This document shows positions 1 to 7,575 of a stretch of DNA of 10,566 bases, one piece after another; positions within the stretch are counted from its first letter, which is position 1; each line of letters begins with the position of its first letter. This stretch comes from Amoeboradix gromovi X-113 (Eukaryota > Fungi > Sanchytriomycota). The stretch is from contig JADGIF010000341.1 of the NCBI GenBank assembly GCA_018985225.1, positions 1-10,566 of the forward strand. Direction: 5' to 3'. The notes under the pieces are model-generated. The model ran no database searches. It was not told where the DNA came from and saw only the letters and a program-made list of their open reading frames with translations. Position numbers and translations under genes: made by a program.

Positions 1-282
1 CTTCTTTTTGACATCTTCTAATCTTTGCAATCTTTTATTAGAGTGGCAAAAATCATCATCCAAAAACATGTTCTTTTTTTTTGCACACTTTTTTGGACTA
101 ACGCCATCAATGTACTTGAAAAATACAGAACAGTCTTTAAAAGAATTTTTTATGTATTGTAATGCATCATCCAGCTCAGATTTCTCAATAGTATCATACA
201 TGCTATAAAATTTAAGCTCATCTAAATCTAGTGGGTCTTTTTTCAACCTACTGAGGTAACCCTCATCAGAAAAATTCATCAT
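1..282 (-). CDS. Unknown protein, 5' part only (runs off the left edge; not in the supplied ORF track)
   Basis: Manual translation gives 94 stop-free codons from ATG at 282: MMNFSDEGYLSRLKKDPLDLDELKFYSMYDTIEKSELDDALQYIKNSFKDCSVFFKYIDGVSPKKCAKKKNMFLDDDFCHSNKRLQRLEDVKKK. In-frame TAA upstream at 295-297. No family recognised. Confidence 0.5.
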   Translation of the reverse strand, partial: MMNFSDEGYLSRLKKDPLDLDELKFYSMYDTIEKSELDDALQYIKNSFKDCSVFFKYIDGVSPKKCAKKKNMFLDDDFCHSNKRLQRLEDVKKK

Positions 283-403
283 ACTGAAACGGGATTAATC
301 TCCATAAAAAAATGACTCTCAAGACAACCAACAACTCAAATCAGTCTTAATACTCAATTTACTTAAAATAATTTAATCTCTCCTCTTCTTGATTTCTCCA
401 ATT

Positions 404-886
404 GAGACATCAAATATAAAAACTGGACTAACTTTCTGTAACAACTTGGAACATTACTTCAGTTTTATTAATTTTATGGATTTAAGAGGCGAGTAGACAT
501 TCAGCTAGTTGCGGAGTTGACGAGTATAAAAGGAAAATAAATATTCTGTACAGCTATTCTCTTACTCTTTCATCTAATCTTTATTTCAAATAAGTATCAC
601 TATTACTCTGTAAAAACTAGAATAGATAAGAGTAATGATGTTAGTATAACATTACAAAATGACTCTAGGAAAGAGTACCGTCTAAGAAAATGCACTTTTT
701 GCTTAGATGCTCAAAGACCTCATATATTTGAACGAGATGCAGGGTCATCTTGTTATATTTTGAAAAGGGGAATACAATCAATGAAAGAAAATTGGTATAA
801 TAGAAGATCTTTTGTTAATGATAGCGTTTCCTGCGTATGGAGCACCTTTAAAAACGAGTTAGTCTAGTTTTTATATTTGGTGTCCC
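404..886 (+). mobile_element. Non-autonomous TIR element, copy A (483 bp, internally deleted)
   Basis: Left TIR 404-433 GAGACATCAAATATAAAAACTGGACTAACT; right TIR 857-886, reverse complement GGGACACCAAATATAAAAACTAGACTAACT (27/30 match). Flanked by AATT at 400-403 and 887-890. Colinear with 6628-7291 but lacks the equivalent of 6847-7025. Confidence 0.88.
622..867 (+). pseudogene. 5'-truncated copy of the element's Zn-finger ORF
   Basis: Translates without stops as IDKSNDVSITLQNDSRKEYRLRKCTFCLDAQRPHIFERDAGSSCYILKRGIQSMKENWYNRRSFVNDSVSCVWSTFKNELV*. The ATG and first CxxC were removed by the 179-bp deletion. Confidence 0.75.
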
Positions 887-1020
887 AATTGCAAGTAGAA
901 CAAAGTCCAAGAAGTAAGCGCCTTAGTTAAAACAGTCGCATTTCTTGTAATGAATTAGTAAACTGCAGGTAAATAAATTTCTGCGTTGTGTTAAAGTTAA
1001 ATCCATTTATTGCTTGCGAA

Positions 1021-2338
1021 TTAAAAATCTTCATCGCTAAAATAGCCATCGCTACCTTCGTCGTACATGTTTAACTCTCCAAAATCTACTTGATATCTCA
1101 ATATCCCACCTATTCCACCTATTCCCTTCACAAACTGGTTGCCTTCACTGCTCTTATCAGTCACAAATTCGAGTGTAGTTCCAAAGTCTTTATAATGCTC
1201 TGCTAACCATTCTACCATAGTCGATGTCTCTATTATCTCCAAATCATTGTTATCTGAATCTTTAAATTTATTTGAATCAGAGGCTTCTTCTGGTGTCAAG
1301 TATAATACCGACTCATCTCCTGTAGTACTCCTTACAGTGTACCTTAATTAAAAACAAATACCGATTTACATCTAGATTTTCAAAAACTATCAAAGTCTCT
1401 ACCGCTCCCATTTCCAAACCCTTTAATGTATCTTGTACCCCAAATACATATTTTCCCGTGTCTTTACTAATCTCTTCAAAGTACTTCTCCAAGAGCTGCT
1501 TCTCTCTGATAAACTTCACACTTTTCAAAACTTCTTGAGAAAGTGCAATTGCTTGATTGAACCCGTCCTCGCCTCCATAACTGACGTCTACAGTTTTTAT
1601 TATTATGTTCTTCAATCTAGGATCAAATAAATCAGATTGAGACAAAACAACTTTGAAATCGGCGCTTCCTGCTAGAATTAAACCATTAACGTTTGGCATA
1701 TCGTTTGTTATAAAATTAGTTACACTTAGTTCTGCAACCTTATGAACATAGTTATGCCTTTTCTCTTCTCGCAATCTTGAGAATCTCATTGCCGATTGAC
1801 CTCCCCTACCGTGCTTTTTAGGAAGCTCCACAGATATCTTTTGAAGCACCTCACGGGAGTTTCCTGTTAATGTGCCAAATAAGGTACCAGATCCGTCCAT
1901 TACAATAAACCCATATTTGTCATCACTCATCAACAGCTCACTTAATGCTTCTGTATGAAATTTGTTATCGCACATGTACAAGCTAGTGTTTATAGGGCGG
2001 AATGGTTCGAAATCAATGGTAAGCTTCTTTTCTTTACCATGATCATCCACGGTTCCTGTAAAAAGAACGAGACCATTTGGAGGGACCTCTCTGTACAGCT
2101 TTAGTCTAGTCTGAGCACTAGTAATCGCACCGAGTACACTAAGACGATTGACACGACTTTTAATGTTTGTAGCCGTGCCATATTCATCAGCCAACATCTT
2201 GTTGATTAACGGAAGTTGCGTTTTTGGAGGCATTATGAGAGATATCATGCTGGTACCATTACCACGAGCCTCTGTCAAGTGCTTAACTAGCTTCTTGATT
2301 TTAAATACCTCGATATCTTCATCTGTTGCTGTAGACAT
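1021..2338 (-). CDS. SUP45: Eukaryotic peptide chain release factor 1; exons 2338-1362 and 1342-1021, 432 aa spliced
   Basis: [13 protein letters not shown] ([15 protein letters not shown]), YxCxxxF (YMCDNKF), GRGGQS, [11 protein letters not shown] and an acidic C-terminal tail. The two listed ORFs join in frame after removing 1343-1361, giving [25 protein letters not shown], which fits the eRF1 domain-3 pattern. Confidence 0.97.
1343..1361 (-). other. 19-nt spliceosomal intron (GTATTTGTTTTTAATTAAG)
   Basis: GT...AG ends. Length 3n+1 accounts exactly for the frame offset between ORFs 1313-2338 and 1021-1299. AT-rich, with a TTAAT branch-like motif next to the AG. Confidence 0.88.
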
Positions 2339-2526
2339 GATCTCCTAGTTTTGAATTGACAACTACTAAACTAACCACAGTCACTGAACTTTACGATCTA
2401 AAATTAATTAGTTGATATTCCAAGATTATCACGAGGGTTGCTAATGTATTCACAGTTTCAAATGACTGATATCCAATCACAAAGTAGAAAAAAGATCTTT
2501 AATATTCAAGACAATTCCGAGAGACT

Positions 2527-3639
2527 ATGCAGTTCGCTTTGGCAGTTTTAGCAGCAACATGCCAAGATACTCGAAAGCGTAAAGAAATAAGAGATTTAAG
2601 TGCGGATGAATGGATGGCTTACAAGTCTGCAATTAGAGCTATGCAGTCCGATGGATCATATCAGAGGCTAGGTCAAATGCACATCGATGCATACAAAAGT
2701 ATCCATGGTGATGTACCGTTCTTGCAATGGCACAGAATATATTTGTGCAAATTTGAAGATGAAGTACGAAAACATTCTTCCATTCCTGATATTGGGTTAC
2801 CCTACTATGCTGGATGGAAAGACTCGTCCAAGTACGGTCCAGGTAGCATTGAGAAGTCACCCGTTTTTCAAGAAACATATCTTGGTGCTGGAGATGGTGG
2901 TTGCGTGGATTCAAATAGCAACACAATATTTGCCAATCAAAGATCTAGCCTAGGTGGCGATCACTGCATCTCTAGGGAGTTTTCGTCTTCAAAGTCGGTC
3001 AGTCAAGATTCAGAAATTCAACATTTAGTCAAAATTGACGATTATACCACATTTACAAACTTTCTTCAGTACAATTACCATGCAGAAATCCATTTTTATA
3101 TTGGCGGTGATATGAAAGATATTAGGTCAATTAATGATCCGGCGTTTTTTAACCATCATGGCGGAGTTGATTATCTCTATGACAAGTATCAATCAAATAA
3201 TAATGATTACGACCCGAATAACATCCGTTCTGGAAACAGCAAAGCCAAATTATTTGAGGAATACACTTATGGTGACTCGCATGCTAACAGGGTTTGCTGC
3301 GGGGATTATCAAGAATACAGCGGAGGACAGGGAATCGTTAATGAGACTGCACCACCACCACCACCAGAGGCTACAGAAACAGAGTCAGCTCCAGTTTTGA
3401 ACGAGCCTGCGACTACTGAAGAACTGGCCGCATTGGGTATCCCTGCTGATGCTTCAGATTCACAGAATCAGTGGAATAATTTCAAGATGGCTATCTCAAA
3501 CGGAACAAGTGGGTCGTTTATTTCGGACTTGGTTAACAGTAACTTATCGGGCTCACCACCGGCTAAGAACTCCTCATCAAGTTTTGTGACATTGGGCATT
3601 CATATGGCAGTTACAGGCCTCATAACGCTAATTATATAA
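2527..3639 (+). CDS. Secreted, probably GPI-anchored type-3 copper (tyrosinase/polyphenol-oxidase family) protein, paralog 1
   Basis: RKEIRDLS N-terminal motif; CuA site H...HGDVPFLQWHR; CuB site HAEIH...GGDM...NDPAFFNHHGGVD; hydrophobic N-terminus; Pro/Thr/Glu linker; SSSS followed by a hydrophobic C-terminal tail. Confidence 0.93.
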   Translation: MQFALAVLAATCQDTRKRKEIRDLSADEWMAYKSAIRAMQSDGSYQRLGQMHIDAYKSIHGDVPFLQWHRIYLCKFEDEVRKHSSIPDIGLPYYAGWKDSSKYGPGSIEKSPVFQETYLGAGDGGCVDSNSNTIFANQRSSLGGDHCISREFSSSKSVSQDSEIQHLVKIDDYTTFTNFLQYNYHAEIHFYIGGDMKDIRSINDPAFFNHHGGVDYLYDKYQSNNNDYDPNNIRSGNSKAKLFEEYTYGDSHANRVCCGDYQEYSGGQGIVNETAPPPPPEATETESAPVLNEPATTEELAALGIPADASDSQNQWNNFKMAISNGTSGSFISDLVNSNLSGSPPAKNSSSSFVTLGIHMAVTGLITLII

Positions 3640-3640
3640 A

Positions 3641-3682
3641 AATAAATACAGTTTCTTTTATTTTTATTTTTATTTGTATTTT
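3641..3682 (+). terminator. Putative polyadenylation signal and T-rich downstream element of tyrosinase-like paralog 1
   Basis: AATAAA at 3641-3646 just after the stop, followed by a TTTTTA-rich tract. Confidence 0.5.
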
Positions 3683-3871
3683 AATATATGGTCAACGAAA
3701 AAGAGAAAGATAGGTTTGGATCCAGACAGTTCCAAGGTAAAAGTGCCCTAATCAATGTTTAAAATCGCGCTTGGGAAATCAAGTTCCGACTTGTAAGCAA
3801 CTTGCTCCAATCATACGTGCAAAATTAATTAATCTTCAAGTTCAAAAGACCACAGGATTGTATTTGGTCAG

Positions 3872-4999
3872 ATGTTGTTCATTGTAGGAATATTTGCAGC
3901 TACTTGTGCAGATACAAGAGTACGCAAAGAGATAAGAGATATGAGTTCTGCAGAATGGACTTCGTACAAAAATGCAATCAGAGCAATGCAAAAAGATGGT
4001 TCATATCAAGATTTTGCTAGTAAGCATGTTCAAATATTTTCACAGATACATGGAAACTATATATTTGCACAGTGGCACAGAGTGTATTTGTGCAAGTTTG
4101 AGGATTTGGTTCGCGCCCATTCACCTGACAATCCAAACATTGGTGTTCCTTACTACGCAGCATGGGAAGATTCTGGTAAATACGGACCAAATACCGTTGA
4201 TAGATCTCCTGTGTTTTCTGATCAGTATTTTGGAGCAGGATCAGGAACAGGCCAGTGTATAAATGCAAGCCCAAATTCAATTTTTGAAAGTTCCTCTACA
4301 ACTGTCGGTGGAAACCACTGTATTGTTAGAAACTTTGATCACAGTAGGGGTATTAGCGGCCGTGCATCAATTCAAAATTTAGCTACAGGTACTGCCAATT
4401 TCATGCAATTCAGTGATCTATTACAAGTTGGTTATCATGCAGAGACTCATTTGTTTGTGAGTGGTGATATGGCTCAGCATTGGTCAGTCAACGATCCAAT
4501 ATTCTTCAGCCATCATGCATCTGTAGATTATGTCTATGAACAATTTCAAGAGTCTAAAAATGATTATAACCCTAACACCGTATCTGATAATCAGCAAAAA
4601 GTCAAGTTATTTGAACAATACACTTATGGAGATGCACATGCGAACAATGTCTGTTGCGGTGATTATCAGGCGTACTCTGGGTCAAATGGTCTACCACTTT
4701 CACAACCTCCTGCAACAAATACAACAAAGCCTTCAAACAATTCTAATAATGGCACTGTGGTACAAAACAAACCTGCATCTGCTGCTGATTTAGCTAAGTT
4801 GGGTATACCGGCTAGCAAAGCTTCTAAGCAGACAGATTGGAACAATTTCAAGACTGCGTTTGCAAATGGAAATGGAAGCAGTTTTGTATCTGATTTGCTG
4901 AAGAACAACCAAGCAGGCCCGGTAAAACCAAAAACCGGTTCATCTGCGCAAATAAGTTGTATGGCATTTGTAATTGCTGCAATAGTGATCAGCTGTTAA
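3872..4999 (+). CDS. Secreted, probably GPI-anchored type-3 copper (tyrosinase/polyphenol-oxidase family) protein, paralog 2
   Basis: RVRKEIRDMS; CuA site H...HGNYIFAQWHR; CuB site HAETH...GDM...NDPIFFSHHASVD; the same six Cys as paralog 1; Asn/Thr/Pro linker; GSS followed by a hydrophobic C-terminal tail. Confidence 0.93.
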   Translation: MLFIVGIFAATCADTRVRKEIRDMSSAEWTSYKNAIRAMQKDGSYQDFASKHVQIFSQIHGNYIFAQWHRVYLCKFEDLVRAHSPDNPNIGVPYYAAWEDSGKYGPNTVDRSPVFSDQYFGAGSGTGQCINASPNSIFESSSTTVGGNHCIVRNFDHSRGISGRASIQNLATGTANFMQFSDLLQVGYHAETHLFVSGDMAQHWSVNDPIFFSHHASVDYVYEQFQESKNDYNPNTVSDNQQKVKLFEQYTYGDAHANNVCCGDYQAYSGSNGLPLSQPPATNTTKPSNNSNNGTVVQNKPASAADLAKLGIPASKASKQTDWNNFKTAFANGNGSSFVSDLLKNNQAGPVKPKTGSSAQISCMAFVIAAIVISC

Positions 5000-5042
5000 T
5001 AAAACAGAATTTATATTTATTATTTGACTTCTCATATAAGAA
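4998..5042. terminator. Shared 3' region of convergent genes with a poly(A) signal on each strand
   Basis: AATAAA at 4998-5003 (plus, overlaps the TAA) and at 5016-5021 (minus); only 43 bp separate the two stop codons. Confidence 0.5.
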
Positions 5043-6167
5043 CTATTCCATGTTAAATGTCTTAAATACATTAAATCCGCTTAATGCTGATGATATTAAA
5101 CATCCATATGTATTATGCCAATGAATGTCACGTATGCATTCCTGTCCTTGATGAATAAACATAAGCTGGGGAGGAACTTCCACCGATTCGCTAACTATTT
5201 GCTGATCTCCTTCCTCGACAGAACAATCCCACACGGTCACTTGCTCATCGCTACATGCTGCAAATGTAGTCGAATCAAGAGGATGCCACTCAACTGCGTT
5301 TATGGGAGATTTGTGCCATTCATAATGGGCCAAGCTTTCTTCTAAACATCTTAGGTCGTAAATATCAACGCTACCATCATCCAAGCCCATTAGCATTAAA
5401 CTAGCCGATTTATTCCAATCAATTACATTTATATCGCAAGATGCAATATGGTTTGATAGCCCTGCTTCATTTAATCGAGTATCCCATATATTAAAATGGC
5501 CTTGACCCTGTGCGGTAGCAAAGACAGTATCTTCATTAGGGGATGCTTTTATATCTTCAATTGAAGAGACTGTGTTGGCAATATCCCTCTGTAAATACCC
5601 TGACTTGGTGTACTGCACATGCTTCAGTAAACCTGTATTGCTGCCAATTAGCCAGTCATTTTTAATGTACTCTAAACCATACCCCTCCGTTACATCCATT
5701 GTAAATATGGACTTGTTCTGGGATTTAATTTCAAACTGCTTAGCTAGTACACCAGTCAAGTCGGACGATAGTTTAATTCTGGTTATATCTCCATTAACTT
5801 TACTTGTATTGCACTCATACACAGGCTCCGTAAACGGTTCATCTTCTTCTGGTACTTCGAATATTTGGCTTAATTTAATTTGATAAATATCAGACAACTT
5901 CTCACTGCTAGAAGCCCCCGCTATTAACTCCATATCCCATGGATATTTTTTTTCATTCTTACTTTGCTGAATAGCGAAAGTAAGACAGGGCCACGGCGTA
6001 TTTAGTTCATAAAAGACATCATAAACATCCATATCTACATTGAGTTCCTTATCTTTTGAATTAGGTACATACATTTCATTTTCAGAATCGCTGCTAGAAT
6101 ATCCCATATCTTCATCTTTTAAAAGTATTTTAGACGGCTGTTGATTATCTTCAATCGATCTTTTCAT
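5043..6167 (-). CDS. RRB1: WD40 ribosome assembly protein Rrb1/GRWD1
   Basis: N-terminal Y...WPCLTF (CAF1C/H4-binding-type) motif, SSIEDIKASPNEDTVFA, DINVIDWN, WHKSPINAVEWHP, and C-terminal PPQLMFIHQGQ...HWH...SALSGFNVFKT typical of GRWD1/Rrb1. Confidence 0.92.
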   Translation of the reverse strand: MKRSIEDNQQPSKILLKDEDMGYSSSDSENEMYVPNSKDKELNVDMDVYDVFYELNTPWPCLTFAIQQSKNEKKYPWDMELIAGASSSEKLSDIYQIKLSQIFEVPEEDEPFTEPVYECNTSKVNGDITRIKLSSDLTGVLAKQFEIKSQNKSIFTMDVTEGYGLEYIKNDWLIGSNTGLLKHVQYTKSGYLQRDIANTVSSIEDIKASPNEDTVFATAQGQGHFNIWDTRLNEAGLSNHIASCDINVIDWNKSASLMLMGLDDGSVDIYDLRCLEESLAHYEWHKSPINAVEWHPLDSTTFAACSDEQVTVWDCSVEEGDQQIVSESVEVPPQLMFIHQGQECIRDIHWHNTYGCLISSALSGFNVFKTFNME

Positions 6168-6185
6168 GGGTTTGCTCCTATCTCC

Positions 6186-6345
6186 TTATCTTGCATTTTG
6201 ATCATTTCTCCTCATAGAAAGCCCTGGTGCCAATAAAATCATGAATTTTAAAGAGAAACTGACAAGATAGTGGACCTGTTATAGTGGTTCCTCACGATTC
6301 CATTGCCCTGAGGCGGGATAGAACATGTACACATATTTCAACTAT
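6186..6345 (-). repeat. Degenerate dispersed repeat, copy 1 (homologous to ~9400-9558 in inverted orientation); boundaries approximate
   Basis: Exact 14-mer TTGTCAGTTTCTCT (6252-6265 on minus; 9484-9497 on plus), with colinear blocks GTGAG-AAC, CCACTA, AAATTC-T-ATTT and CAAGATAA. Confidence 0.6.
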
Positions 6346-6627
6346 AAGTTCTTTGCTGCGATATGGTTTCTACTCACCTTCCGGATGACAGTTGTACATT
6401 TTCACGTCTTCAAATTGGTTTTCCTTTGAGTATCATACTTTGCGCGCGCTTAACCAGTAAGTGCTTCAGTCCAATTAATGTCATTCCTAGCATTGTCACA
6501 AATGAGAACAAACAGTATTTGTTTTGGTCAGTTAAAAGATTCCACGAAAACAACTACTATAACTATGAATCAATGTAGTCAGGATAAATGATTTATTAGA
6601 TTAGAATAGAATTTTAAACAAGCATGT

Positions 6628-7291
6628 GGGACATCAAATATAAAAACTGGACTAACTTTCCGTAACAACTTGGAACATTATTTCCGCTTTATTAACTTTA
6701 TGGATTTAAGAGGCGAGTGGACACTCAGCTAGTTGCGGGGGTTGACAAGTATAGAAGGAAAATAAATATTCTGTACAGCCATTCTCTTACTCTTTCATCC
6801 AATCTTTAAGTCAAACAAAATATCACTATTACTCTGTAAAAACTAGACTAGCACTCTGAAATATTTCAAATAAACCTCTGATTCATAGTACTAATTCATA
6901 ATATGGTATATTTTCATTTAATCTTGCACATAAATAGAGACCTCTCCTAATAAAGTTATGGCCAAGAGAAAGCAAAAGCTTTCATACACCAGTATATCAA
7001 AGAAATGTAGTGTCTGTGAGAATGAAATAGATAAGAGTAATGATGTTAGTATAACATTACAAAATGACTCTAGAAAAGAGTACCGTCTAAGAAAATGCAC
7101 CTTTTGCTTAGATGCTCAAAAACCTCATATATTTGAACGAGATGCAGGGTCTTCTACTTTTATTTTGAAGAGGGAAATGACATTAATGAAAGAAAATTGG
7201 TATGATAGAAGATCTTTTATTAATGACAGCATTTCCTGCGTATGGAGCACCTTTAAAAACGAGTTGGTCTAGTTTTTATATTTGGTGTCCC
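6628..7291 (+). mobile_element. Non-autonomous TIR element, copy B (664 bp, longest copy, intact small ORF)
   Basis: TIRs at 6628-6657 and 7262-7291 (27/30 match); high identity to 404-886 and 10462-10566; no DDE transposase inside; flanks ATGT and ACTG are not a perfect duplication. Confidence 0.88.
6958..7272 (+). CDS. 104-aa element-encoded basic protein with CxxC...CxxC (putative Zn ribbon/finger)
   Basis: MAKRKQK basic N-terminus, CSVC and CTFC motifs; frame preserved in copies A and C; TAG stop inside the right TIR. Confidence 0.6.
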   Translation: MAKRKQKLSYTSISKKCSVCENEIDKSNDVSITLQNDSRKEYRLRKCTFCLDAQKPHIFERDAGSSTFILKREMTLMKENWYDRRSFINDSISCVWSTFKNELV

Positions 7292-7575
7292 ACTGCACTA
7301 ACCAATCAATATCAAAAATCCGAATAACTCTTTCTGCTTGTATAATAAAATCTTCCATTCATAGGAGAATTCTAAAATTTGATTCCATTTTATTTTTCTG
7401 TGCTATCAAGAAATCTGTAATGTTCCAACTAGCATCATCGTCTCGGTAAACAGAATTGAAACCAAATCATCATGAATATAGCATTCAACACGAGCGATTT
7501 CTTGTTATTTGGTACCTTAGATCGCTAATCGAACATGCAACCACAAAATTCTTATTGAAACTCCGCGTTTCCATA

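Noticed and set aside
1313-1361. Programmed frameshift in eRF1, analogous to bacterial prfB autoregulation, at TTG TTT TTA
   Set aside because: A +1 slip on the T-run lands on TAA at once, and readthrough of the TGA at 1313-1315 does not reach the correct frame. A GT-AG intron explains the junction with no extra residues.
6195-6450. U3-like GATCATTTCT and U4-like CTTTGCGC words
   Set aside because: The other required boxes and stems are not evident.
6450-6545. Minus-strand peptide FVLICDNAR resembling the DDE motif of IS630/Tc1 transposases
   Set aside because: Flanked by stops, lacks the following His and LP.YSP.LNPIE motifs, and is too short to call.
6363-6578. 71-aa plus-strand ORF with intron-like words (GTAAGT; GTATTTGTTTTGGTCAG)
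   Set aside because: No recognisable protein and no independent support for a spliced model.
7456-7575. 40-aa N-terminal extension of the ATPase in the ORF track
   Set aside because: It begins at TTG; in this eukaryotic context the first ATG at 7576 is the more plausible start.
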